Source: a virus. From it: a stretch of DNA of 34,677 bases. Under the pieces are notes generated by a model, which worked only from the letters and a program-made list of their open reading frames with translations, made no database searches and was not told where the DNA came from. The stretch lies in IMG/VR virus record IMGVR_UViG_3300010260_000001; one strand, given 5' to 3'. Below, piece by piece: positions 15,006-23,140 of this stretch (position 1 is the stretch's first letter; each line of letters starts with the position of its first letter). The translations under genes were made by a program, and so were the position numbers.

Positions 15006-15329
15006 GTGACAGTAAAGGAATTTATAGGCACGCTGGAAAGTTCAGACCGCCTGCGCATTATCGAGGGCAAAGCAGAGGTTTACGTAGGGTATCTGGCAGC
15101 GTTCAAACCGTTTGCAGACCATGAGATAAGCGAGGAATACCGAAAATACAGCGAGCATGAGGTAAAGAAGTTTAGGGCAGTGCCGGAGATAACGCATAGA
15201 CGCTGGAAAGAGCTGGGGCTTATGAAACCATTAGAGCCAGACCAGACAGCGCAGTATAAGTTTAGTGATTTGCAGATGTCACTTTACTACACCATATACA
15301 TACAGGAAAGGAAAGGGCAGGAAGTATGA
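15006..15329 (+). CDS. hypothetical protein (GTG start)
   Basis: 107-aa ORF with a ggagagg ribosome-binding site. Its end overlaps the next start. Confidence 0.45.
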   Translation: MTVKEFIGTLESSDRLRIIEGKAEVYVGYLAAFKPFADHEISEEYRKYSEHEVKKFRAVPEITHRRWKELGLMKPLEPDQTAQYKFSDLQMSLYYTIYIQERKGQEV

Positions 15330-16054
15330 CAAAGAAAAAGCCGGATTTTTTACGGGATTTAGATACTGCAATCATGGACGAGCTTACAGGCGGCGGTATC
15401 AAGGAAAATGCAGCGGGACTGGTAGGAACGCTTACACAGATTGAGGAAATTAAGCAGCTATGCGGGCTGCCGTTTTGTGGTTATATGGCAAAGCTGGAAA
15501 CGGTAAGACCAAGCGGCGTGCCGGACGAGGTAACGGTAGTATTTGCAGAGGACGTACCATACAGGGCTTGCAACGGCATAGAGTTTGACATTATGCAGGA
15601 ATTTGTAGAGAGCAGCAGGCTTTTACTGACAGGCAAGGCGCAGACACTTAAGGACTTCCAGAGCGGTAGACTGCTGGTATATATTCTGGCAGATTTTGTG
15701 GCGGTATCAGAAAAGGCAGTAGAGCAGGACGAGGTAGCAATAAGAGGCGTTATAGCGAATAAACCAACACACAGAGAAACGCCAAGAGGCAAGCGTATTA
15801 CTGATATTACGGTAAAAGTAAGAAATGAGCTTACAGGCGGCAGCTGCTATTTACCGTGCATCTGCTGGCAGGAACAGGCAGACGAGGCGGCGCAGTGGCA
15901 GCAGGGCGACACTGTAGAGCTGCTGGGACGGTATCAGAGCCGCCAGTATGAAAAGGTACTTGATGCAGCCACAGGAGAAAGAGAACAGCGTACAGCTTAT
16001 GAGGTATCGGTACGGCTGATTAGAAGAAAGGAAGAGGCAGAAAATGAGCGTTGA
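15326..16054 (+). CDS. hypothetical protein with an OB-fold/SSB-like C-terminal half
   Basis: ITDITVKV...LPCICW...GDTVELLGRYQSRQY...RTAYEVSV follows the SSB-type OB-fold pattern. This is a weak assignment made by eye. Confidence 0.4.
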   Translation: MTKKKPDFLRDLDTAIMDELTGGGIKENAAGLVGTLTQIEEIKQLCGLPFCGYMAKLETVRPSGVPDEVTVVFAEDVPYRACNGIEFDIMQEFVESSRLLLTGKAQTLKDFQSGRLLVYILADFVAVSEKAVEQDEVAIRGVIANKPTHRETPRGKRITDITVKVRNELTGGSCYLPCICWQEQADEAAQWQQGDTVELLGRYQSRQYEKVLDAATGEREQRTAYEVSVRLIRRKEEAENER

Positions 16055-16298
16055 ACGCATTGGTAAGGGCTATGTAAAAATCTGCGTGAGTGAGGAAGAG
16101 TTAGAGAACAGCATAGCTGGGCTTAGCCAGCTAAAACCTATTTTGCAAACGCAAGTAATGAAAGGGAATGGAAGAAACACAAAGCAGGGGCTTACTGACG
16201 CAGCGGAGCTGGGAAAACATTTTGATACGGCGATAGATGCAATGACTATGCTTTTGGCTGGGTTTAAGGAAGAAAGCGAGGTACAGAATGAAGAGTAA
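16044..16298 (+). CDS. hypothetical protein
   Basis: 84-aa ORF overlapping its neighbours by a few codons. Confidence 0.45.
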   Translation: MSVERIGKGYVKICVSEEELENSIAGLSQLKPILQTQVMKGNGRNTKQGLTDAAELGKHFDTAIDAMTMLLAGFKEESEVQNEE

Positions 16299-16761
16299 AA
16301 CAATTTTAGGAGCAGACGGCGCAACAAAAATGCGACAGATTACAGTAGGGATACACGGAAAGGGCGGCGAGGCAGGCATAAAGGCAATACAGCAGCTTGC
16401 AGGCATGGTGGACAGCTTAAAGCAGTGCCAGACACCGCAGGAAGTATACGACAGATATTTACAGATTACGGGGTACTGTAAATGCTGCGTTGATTGTAAT
16501 TTTATAGACCAAAAGGGAGCAGACGAGTTGATGTGCTTAGCAGCATATCTGGCAGGAAATAAACAGGCACGGGCAGAGGCACAACAGAAAGCGGTAAAAA
16601 GGCATGAGAAAAGTTTATATATGCAGCCCCTACAGGGCGAAAGACGGCGCAGAGCTGGACAGAAACATAGATTATGCGCAGCAGCTGACACGGCAGGCAT
16701 TAGAGGCGGGTTTAGCGCCCATTACGCCGCATTTATATATGACGCAGTGCATGGACGATAA
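16288..16761 (+). CDS. hypothetical protein; 3' end uncertain
   Basis: 157-aa ORF preceded by an exact gaaagcgaggta. Its last 158 nt overlap the next gene in another frame. Confidence 0.4.
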   Translation: MKSKTILGADGATKMRQITVGIHGKGGEAGIKAIQQLAGMVDSLKQCQTPQEVYDRYLQITGYCKCCVDCNFIDQKGADELMCLAAYLAGNKQARAEAQQKAVKRHEKSLYMQPLQGERRRRAGQKHRLCAAADTAGIRGGFSAHYAAFIYDAVHGR

Positions 16762-17131
16762 AAAGCCGGAAGAGCGGGCAAAAGGCATGGCTGCGGGGCT
16801 TGCACTGCTGAAAGGCTGCGATTTTGTTATTGCTGGCGTGAAATACGGCATAACAGAGGGAATGGACAGAGAAATACATACAGCAAATGCGCTAGGGATT
16901 GCGGTTATAGATGCGAACCAGATTAAAGCCTATATGCAATATGAGGAAAAGCGGCAGGAGCGGGCGGCGAGCGATTACGCAAAGCTGCATAAGTGCGAGT
17001 TTTGCTATGAACGCAGATTATATAGCGTTATGGGCTATGAGAAATACTGCACCGCCTGCGGTTGCACGGCAGCATATAAATTGGCTTATATGTGTGCGTT
17101 AGGCAGCGTAAGAGAGCGGCAGGAAACATGA
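16604..17131 (+). CDS. nucleoside 2-deoxyribosyltransferase-like (DUF4406-type) protein with a C-terminal Cys cluster
   Basis: N-terminus VYICSPYRA...ITPHLY is typical of DUF4406. The C-terminus carries CEFC...CTACGC. Confidence 0.5.
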   Translation: MRKVYICSPYRAKDGAELDRNIDYAQQLTRQALEAGLAPITPHLYMTQCMDDKKPEERAKGMAAGLALLKGCDFVIAGVKYGITEGMDREIHTANALGIAVIDANQIKAYMQYEEKRQERAASDYAKLHKCEFCYERRLYSVMGYEKYCTACGCTAAYKLAYMCALGSVRERQET

Positions 17132-17139
17132 AAAATAAA

Positions 17140-17171
17140 AGCGCCTACGGTGGGGAAACACCATAGGCGCT
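17140..17171. other. 13-bp-stem hairpin upstream of the Rep-like gene (origin or terminator candidate)
   Basis: agcgcctacggtg-gggaaa-caccataggcgct has one C.A mismatch. No T-tract follows on the + strand, and AT-rich sequence lies downstream. Confidence 0.4.
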
Positions 17172-17301
17172 AAGCTATACAGCTTTGAAATACTATAAAA
17201 ATTATAAGCTATGTATGGCGCAAAGTCAAGAAAATTAACGGGCGGGCAGCCAGTTTTAACACTTGATAAAAGTATTAACGAACCGACAGAGAGGTAGATA
17301 T

Positions 17302-18069
17302 ATGCCATACGTAGAGAGGGTAACAAAAGCGGGGAATACGATAGAGATAGAGAGGTACTTTACCAGCAGATACAAAAAGAAAGGTATCAGCAGAGGGGAT
17401 AAGGTAAAGCCAACAAAAGAAGAGCAGGAGAAAGTAAACACCAGACAGGCAGAGAGAAAGTTAAGGATACTCATAAATGCGAACTATGGTTATGGGGACT
17501 ACCATTTAGTGCTTGATTATATCCGCAGGAAAGGGCAGCCAGACAGAACGCCGGAACAGATGCGGTACGACATAGACGTATTTTTGAGGGAGTGCAGAAA
17601 GGAGTACAGAAAAGCAGGGTTAGAGTTCAAATACATACACGTTATGGAGATAGGCAAGAAAGGTGCGAGGCATCACCACCTTGTAGTAAATAAAATTGAC
17701 ACAGAGATTTTACAGCGCTGCTGGTATAAGGCATACGAGGGGCATAACAGGGTAAAGGTATTTCCTCTGGACGACAGCGGCAACTATGCAGAGCTGGCAA
17801 ATTATTTAATCAAATACACAGGAACGCACAAAAAGGGTACTGACGGAGCATTACAGGGCAAGCGCTGGAATTGCAGCAAGAATTTAGTAAGACCAGAGCC
17901 GGAGTATCACATAATTTCAGACCGTGAGTATTTCAAGAAAGAGCCAAAGGCAATAAAGGGCTATTACGTAGACAAGAACAGTGTGAGCATGGGAGTACAT
18001 AGCCCAGAGTATTACGGCTATGGGTATTTAAGATACACCTTAGTAAAAATAACGGATAAGGGGGGATGA
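17302..18069 (+). CDS. HUH-type replication initiator (Rep-like) candidate
   Basis: ARHHHLVVNK supplies the HUH motif and ANYLIKYTG a Y-x3-Y motif. The ATG at 17302 has a gagagg ribosome-binding site. Confidence 0.5.
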   Translation: MPYVERVTKAGNTIEIERYFTSRYKKKGISRGDKVKPTKEEQEKVNTRQAERKLRILINANYGYGDYHLVLDYIRRKGQPDRTPEQMRYDIDVFLRECRKEYRKAGLEFKYIHVMEIGKKGARHHHLVVNKIDTEILQRCWYKAYEGHNRVKVFPLDDSGNYAELANYLIKYTGTHKKGTDGALQGKRWNCSKNLVRPEPEYHIISDREYFKKEPKAIKGYYVDKNSVSMGVHSPEYYGYGYLRYTLVKITDKGG

Positions 18070-18070
18070 A

Positions 18071-18472
18071 ATGCAGATAATCAAGGGCATTGCCATTGTA
18101 GTAGTGTTGATAATAGCCGGACTGCTGGCGCTGATTGTGGCAGCATATCTGGCGCTTAGAATTGCGGCGACTATTTTTGAACAGCAGGAGAGCTGGAAAG
18201 ACAACGGCAGCAGAAAGGGCAGAAAACATGATAGAAAAATTAAATACTGGTTATTCCAGAAAGGCAAGGACTGTAAGCGCTGCTGCCTGCGGTGCAGATA
18301 CTACGATATATGCCGCTGGGATGTACTGGGAAATGCAGGACTACAAAGCGAGGAAACAATAACGCTTTTGGCGATAGAGAACAGCAAGCCGCATAAGGAC
18401 GGGCTGCTTTTCAGAATTTGCCAGTATGTAGAATTTAAGCAGAGAGCGAGGCGAGAAAATGAGAAACTTTAG
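18071..18472 (+). CDS. hypothetical membrane protein with a Cys-rich segment
   Basis: 133 aa with a strong aagggggg ribosome-binding site, an N-terminal transmembrane helix, and CKRCCLRCRYYDIC. Confidence 0.45.
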   Translation: MQIIKGIAIVVVLIIAGLLALIVAAYLALRIAATIFEQQESWKDNGSRKGRKHDRKIKYWLFQKGKDCKRCCLRCRYYDICRWDVLGNAGLQSEETITLLAIENSKPHKDGLLFRICQYVEFKQRARRENEKL

Positions 18473-18869
18473 ACTGGACGACGAAAGCGGGCATCAAGAG
18501 GCATTATTTAGCTGGGCTGCATACAGAACAGGGATTATGCCGGAACTGCAATATATGTATCATGTGCCAAACGGCGGCAAACGTGATAAAGCAACAGCAG
18601 CGGTGCTTAAGAGGCAGGGCGTAAAGGCTGGCGTGCCGGATATTATGCTACCAGCTGCAAGGGCTGGGTATCATGGGCTTTACATAGAGCTTAAGGCAGG
18701 CGAGAACACGACGACCAAGAAACAGAAAGAGTGGTTAGAGTATCTGCGGCAGCAGGGCTATTATACCGACGTCTGCTACGGCTGGCAGCCAGCAGCGCAG
18801 CTGATAGAGCAGTATTTATTACATTCAGACGAGCTTACAAAAGAGCAGGAAACAGTAACCATGCGTTAG
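18459..18869 (+). CDS. VRR-NUC domain nuclease
   Basis: GVPDIML...LYIELKAGEN..TKKQKEWLEYLRQQGY...VCYG is the classic VRR-NUC pattern. Confidence 0.85.
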   Translation: MRNFRLDDESGHQEALFSWAAYRTGIMPELQYMYHVPNGGKRDKATAAVLKRQGVKAGVPDIMLPAARAGYHGLYIELKAGENTTTKKQKEWLEYLRQQGYYTDVCYGWQPAAQLIEQYLLHSDELTKEQETVTMR

Positions 18870-18897
18870 AGGCGAACGCAGGAAAGAGAGGCAAAGA

Positions 18898-19671
18898 ATG
18901 AAAACAATAAGCATTTTGAATTTAAAAGGTGGCGTAGCCAAGACCTTTACAGCGGCAAACATGGCGTATGAGATTTACAGGAGAGGCTACAGGGTGCTGC
19001 TGATTGACAATGATAAGCAAGGGAATTTAAGCAAGGCGTATAGCAGATACGACGCAGAGAGCGTAGCACCAGTTACAAGGTTGCTGGCTGGGGACTGGCA
19101 GGGAGCAACAGAGCTGATACAGAATACAGATTACGTAGGGCAGCAGTGCTGCATAGATATTGTTACGTCGAATATGTCACTTTTTGGGGCTACGTGGAAT
19201 TTGACAAAAGAGGACAGCGAGAACCAGACAGAACGCTATAAGAGATTTGCAGACATTATGGGCGGCTTTTATGATTACTGTATCATTGATAACCCGCCGG
19301 ATATTGGGCTTAATGTCATAAATGCGCTGGCAATCACGGACGAGGTAATAGTACCCGTAAAGGTGGACGAGGACGCTTTAGAGGGGCTGGACATTGTGAC
19401 AGAGCAGATAGAGGACGCAAAGGCATTTAACCCAGCATTAAAGCTGGCAGGCGTACTGATTACGTCATACCAGAACACAGACGGCGAGGCAGCAGGCGTA
19501 GAGTGGCTGGAACAAAAGACAGATTTTAATATTCTGGGTATTATTCGGTATTCCAAGAAAGTAGCAGAAAATACTTTCATGCGTAAGCCGATTTATGAGT
19601 ATAGCCCATGCTGCGGAGCGGCGCAGGGGTACAAGAAATTTGTAACAGCGTATACAGGGAAAGCGAGGTAG
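18898..19671 (+). CDS. parA: ParA-family partition ATPase
   Basis: Deviant Walker A LKGGVAKT, together with LIDNDKQGN and IIDNPPD. Confidence 0.9.
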   Translation: MKTISILNLKGGVAKTFTAANMAYEIYRRGYRVLLIDNDKQGNLSKAYSRYDAESVAPVTRLLAGDWQGATELIQNTDYVGQQCCIDIVTSNMSLFGATWNLTKEDSENQTERYKRFADIMGGFYDYCIIDNPPDIGLNVINALAITDEVIVPVKVDEDALEGLDIVTEQIEDAKAFNPALKLAGVLITSYQNTDGEAAGVEWLEQKTDFNILGIIRYSKKVAENTFMRKPIYEYSPCCGAAQGYKKFVTAYTGKAR

Positions 19672-19676
19672 CAAGC

Positions 19677-19874
19677 GTGGCACATAAAGAGAGATTATGC
19701 GTTTACTGGCATTGCCGCAGGACTGGCGGTACGGAGTGCTGGAACTGGGGCGGCAAATTTGCAGGGCAGAAATGCCCGCAAAGCGACGCTTGCGAGCATT
19801 GGAGAACGTGCGAAATGTGCAACGGAGTAATGGGACAGTGTAAGAAAAAACAAAGGATTGAGAAAGCGAGGTAG
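19677..19874 (+). CDS. small Cys-rich protein (65 aa, GTG start)
   Basis: An exact gaaagcgaggta lies 6 nt upstream of the GTG. The protein has ten Cys residues. The track start at 19608 would overlap parA. Confidence 0.45.
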   Translation: MAHKERLCVYWHCRRTGGTECWNWGGKFAGQKCPQSDACEHWRTCEMCNGVMGQCKKKQRIEKAR

Positions 19875-19879
19875 AGAAT

Positions 19880-21148
19880 ATGGCAAAGTTTGGTATTAAC
19901 GACATTCTGAACGCAAAGACGAAAGCAGCAGGGCAGCAGGCACAGACGGACGGATACAAAGAGATTTATTTAAGCCCTTACGAGGTAAAGGCAGCGCAGG
20001 AGAATACGCACCAGAAATTAGAGAACATAGAAGAGCTGGCAGACAGCTTTTTACACGTAGGACAGGAACAGCCTACAGTATTGGCGAGAGTAAACGGGGA
20101 ATACCGTATAATCGACGGACACAGACGTAATGCGGCAAATATTTTGAACTTAGAGCGGGGGCATAAGGAGTATGAGAAAGTGCTTTACCGCTTTATGGAT
20201 ATGAGCGAGGCAATGTATGAGCTGCGCTTATTGGCTGGCAACGGATATACGCAGGAACTTACAGCCTATGAAAAAACCAGATTAGTAGAGCGCACCAAAG
20301 CTGCACTTATCAGAGCCAAGGAAGAGGACGGCTTAGAGATACAAGGCAAAATGCGTGATTTAGTGGCGGCTATGATAAACGAAAGCAGCACAAACGTAGC
20401 CAGAATGGACGCAATCAACAACAACGCAACGCCGGAGATTAAAGAGCAGCTGAAAGAGGGCAATTTAGGTATCACTGCTGCATACGAGGCAGCAAAGCTG
20501 GACGAGGACGAGCAGAAAGAAGTAGCGGAAAAAGCAGCAGCGGGCGAAAATGTGAGGGCAAAGGAAATAGCGGAAAAGGTAGCAGAGAAAAAGGCAGGGG
20601 ACGATTACGAAACACCGCACCCAGAAAGCATAACGTCTTTGTGCTATTCCTGCCAGAAATACAAGGACTGCAACGTAAAAACGGGAACGTGCCAGAAATG
20701 CGACCAGTACATAAACAAGGCAGAGGCTGAAAAGACAGACGAACAGCGATACAGCGAAGAGCAGGACGCTATAGACCGCCAGACAAAGAAGAAATTGCAG
20801 GAGCGGGCAGACGCAGAAAAAATGGAGCATCTGCCAAGCGAGGGAAACACAGAGCATAAGCAGCATGAGGTAAAAATAGTGGCATCTTATTACGAGGACG
20901 TAGTAAGCGGGAAAAAGAGCTTTGAGCTGCGGAAGAATGACAGAGGCTATAAACAGGGCGACAGCCTTAAAATGCTGGAATTTAAGGACGGTAAGCACAC
21001 AGGGCGCACGATTGATGCAGATATTATTTATATGCTGGAAGATTATACAGGGCTTACAGAGGGTTACTGTATTCTGGGTATCAGAGTAACAGACTATACG
21101 GGCAAGGTGTCCGAAACGGACACGGAAAGCGGGGCGGTAAATGTTTGA
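19880..21148 (+). CDS. ParB-like nuclease/partition domain protein fused to a C-terminal DUF3850 (ASCH-like) domain
   Basis: N-terminal QPTVLARVNGEYRIIDGHRRNAA (ParB/Srx). A central Cys cluster CYSCQKYKDCN..GTCQKC. C-terminal VKI...YYEDVVSGKKSFELRKNDRGYKQGD (DUF3850). Confidence 0.8.
   Translation: MAKFGINDILNAKTKAAGQQAQTDGYKEIYLSPYEVKAAQENTHQKLENIEELADSFLHVGQEQPTVLARVNGEYRIIDGHRRNAANILNLERGHKEYEKVLYRFMDMSEAMYELRLLAGNGYTQELTAYEKTRLVERTKAALIRAKEEDGLEIQGKMRDLVAAMINESSTNVARMDAINNNATPEIKEQLKEGNLGITAAYEAAKLDEDEQKEVAEKAAAGENVRAKEIAEKVAEKKAGDDYETPHPESITSLCYSCQKYKDCNVKTGTCQKCDQYINKAEAEKTDEQRYSEEQDAIDRQTKKKLQERADAEKMEHLPSEGNTEHKQHEVKIVASYYEDVVSGKKSFELRKNDRGYKQGDSLKMLEFKDGKHTGRTIDADIIYMLEDYTGLTEGYCILGIRVTDYTGKVSETDTESGAVNV
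21107..21123. repeat. 17-nt perfect palindrome GTGTCCGAAACGGACAC, copy 1
   Basis: Identical to 30235..30251. Lies in the 3' end of the parB-like gene. Confidence 0.95.
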
Positions 21149-21308
21149 GTTTATGGACGGCGTAGTAGATGCGCTGGAAGAATTTGGACAGGCAGCAGTA
21201 GACGGGGCGGTATATTGCCTGATATGCGTAGTCAAACTGGCGTTGATAATAACAGCGCCAGTATGGGCGCTGCCGTATGCGATATGGAGAAAGGGGCGTA
21301 AGCAGTGA
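21141..21308 (+). CDS. small hydrophobic protein (55 aa), hypothetical
   Basis: Its ATG overlaps the parB-like stop, and its stop overlaps the next GTG start. Confidence 0.3.
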   Translation: MFEFMDGVVDALEEFGQAAVDGAVYCLICVVKLALIITAPVWALPYAIWRKGRKQ

Positions 21309-21667
21309 AATACAGACAGTGGAAAAAGAACTACAAGAAAAAGTACGGAGTAAACCCGCCGTTAGAGCTGGACAAGCGAAAACAGCGCAGGCTTGCAAGA
21401 AAAATGGCAAGACAGATAAATAAAACCTTGCCAACAGCAGCAGAAACATTGACGGCAGCTATTAACAGCTGGGTAAAGAGCATAAAGCCAGTGCTGGCGA
21501 CATTCTGCGAGAGCGTAGCGGCGGCGTTTAGCAATGTGGCAGCTGGATTGAGAGAAGAAAGCGAGGCGGTAGAAAATGACAAGTATATTACTGGGAATAA
21601 TTGCGCTGGAATTGCTGGCGATATTTTCAAAGCTGGACAAACTGGAAGAGAGGGGCAGAGAGAATGA
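21305..21667 (+). CDS. hypothetical basic protein (GTG start)
   Basis: 120-aa ORF whose end overlaps the SSB start. Confidence 0.45.
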   Translation: MKYRQWKKNYKKKYGVNPPLELDKRKQRRLARKMARQINKTLPTAAETLTAAINSWVKSIKPVLATFCESVAAAFSNVAAGLREESEAVENDKYITGNNCAGIAGDIFKAGQTGREGQRE

Positions 21668-22059
21668 ATAATGTATCACTTACAGGGCGGCTTACAAGAG
21701 AGCCAGAGCTTAGATATGGCGGGCAGGATAACAGTACAGCTATTACCCGCTTTACGCTTGCAGTAGACGACGGGAAAGACACAGACTTTATAAATATTAA
21801 GTGTTTCGGGCGTACTGCGGAATGGGCGCAGAAATGGTTAAGCAAAGGCAGCAGGGCAGAGGTTACGGGCAAGATTAAAACGGGCAGCTACGAGAGCCAG
21901 CGCACGGGCGGCAAGGTATATTACACAGAGGTTGTGGCAAATAGCGTAGGATTTGGAGAGAGCAAAGCAGAGGCAGAGGCGAGAGGGCAGCAGCTGCCGG
22001 AGAGCGACGGGTTTATGAACATACCAGAGGGAGCAGACGAAGAGCTGCCGTTTAATTAA
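21664..22059 (+). CDS. ssb: single-stranded DNA-binding protein
   Basis: NNVSLTGRLTREPELRY, an OB-fold pattern, and the acidic tail DEELPFN. Confidence 0.9.
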   Translation: MNNVSLTGRLTREPELRYGGQDNSTAITRFTLAVDDGKDTDFINIKCFGRTAEWAQKWLSKGSRAEVTGKIKTGSYESQRTGGKVYYTEVVANSVGFGESKAEAEARGQQLPESDGFMNIPEGADEELPFN

Positions 22060-22079
22060 CAGAAAGCGAGGTACAGAAC

Positions 22080-22658
22080 ATGGAGCAGGAAGAAACAAAG
22101 ACAACAGCGGCGGCAGGGGTAGAAATGCCGCCAGAGGCTGAAAGCTGGGTACAGCTGCACGAAAGCGAATTAACGGAGCTGATGCAGAAACAGGCAAAGG
22201 CTGCAATAACGGAACTGAAACGACAGGAAAAGCAGGAGCGGAAGAAAGAGAAATACCACAATACTTTTACGCTTATGAAATGTTACCGTGATGCAGTTTT
22301 TCATATCGAGAACGCCATAAGCGACGGGCAGCAGTTAGAGCTTAAGGGTATGACGGACGAGCAGCAGCGTACATACTTAGAGAGTATCAGACGCACACGC
22401 TTTAAGACATTGATAATGACAGCGCATATAGACAAGGCGGTAGAAGAGATAGAACGCCGCAGAGAGGCAGCAGGCAGAGGCGTAGAGTACAAGGCGTTTG
22501 AAATGTATTTTATGCAGGGCATGGACTATGCGGAAATTGCCGAGGAACTGGACACGGGAAAGAACACACCGAGGCGCTGGGTAACGGGTATCATAAACGA
22601 GCTGTCAGTATTGCTGTGGGGGATTGATGAAGAGCGAACAGCTGGCGTGGTAAAGTAA
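22080..22658 (+). CDS. putative late-gene transcriptional activator (sigma70 region 4-like; ArpU/RinA-type position)
   Basis: C-terminal YKAFEMYFMQGMDYAEIAEELDTGKNTPRRWV is HTH-like. It lies immediately upstream of the packaging genes. Confidence 0.5.
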   Translation: MEQEETKTTAAAGVEMPPEAESWVQLHESELTELMQKQAKAAITELKRQEKQERKKEKYHNTFTLMKCYRDAVFHIENAISDGQQLELKGMTDEQQRTYLESIRRTRFKTLIMTAHIDKAVEEIERRREAAGRGVEYKAFEMYFMQGMDYAEIAEELDTGKNTPRRWVTGIINELSVLLWGIDEERTAGVVK

Positions 22659-22716
22659 TGGTAAAAACGTGGTGTTTACATGGGAAAACAAAAGAGATAC
22701 AATGATAGCATGAAAT

Positions 22717-22768
22717 GAGTAGGCGATAGCTTAAGCCATGTGCGGCAGCAGTTGCCTACTCTTTTTCT
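22717..22768 (+). terminator. hairpin plus T-tract between the early and late modules
   Basis: gagtaggc and gcctactc form a perfect 8-bp stem around a large loop, followed by tttttct. Confidence 0.45.
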
Positions 22769-22840
22769 ATTCATTCTTTAGCCTCCACCCAGCGCATGAA
22801 ACTTAGGGCGCTGGGGAATGAAGAAAGAGAGGGGGACAGT

Positions 22841-23140
22841 ATGAAAGCATGGGCTAAGAGTTTTTATTTATCAGCGGCATGGGAACAAACCAGAGCCGCT
22901 TATTTAATGTCACAAGATTATATTTGTGAACGCTGCGGGCAGCCCGCAAAGATAGTGCATCATAAGCGCTGGCTTAACAGAGAGAACATAAACGACATAA
23001 GCGTTACGTTGTGCTGGGATAACTTAGAGGCGTTGTGCCAAGACTGCCACAACAAGGAACACCACAAACAGGAGAGGCATAAGCGGTATCGGTTCGACGA
23101 GAACGGCGGCATACTCCCCCCATATCAGAAAAATAATTAA
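22841..23140 (+). CDS. HNH endonuclease (packaging-associated)
   Basis: CERCG...VHHK...LCQDCHNKEHH. The ATG at 22841 has a gagaggggg ribosome-binding site. It is adjacent to the terminase genes. Confidence 0.85.
   Translation: MKAWAKSFYLSAAWEQTRAAYLMSQDYICERCGQPAKIVHHKRWLNRENINDISVTLCWDNLEALCQDCHNKEHHKQERHKRYRFDENGGILPPYQKNN

Noticed and set aside
18135-18362. 75-aa alternative-frame ORF inside 18071..18472
   Set aside because: The longer frame has a strong ribosome-binding site and is coupled to its neighbours at both ends. The alternative frame has no convincing initiation signal.
20465-21235. 256-aa minus-strand ORF
   Set aside because: It is antisense to the ParB-like/DUF3850 gene. The product is Cys/Leu/Phe-rich with no recognisable motif.
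21576-21671. 31-aa ORF preceded by the gaaagcgaggcg motif
   Set aside because: It lies wholly inside the 3' end of ORF 21305..21667 in another frame. The motif suggests it could be real, but the two readings cannot be distinguished from sequence alone, so it is not listed as a feature.
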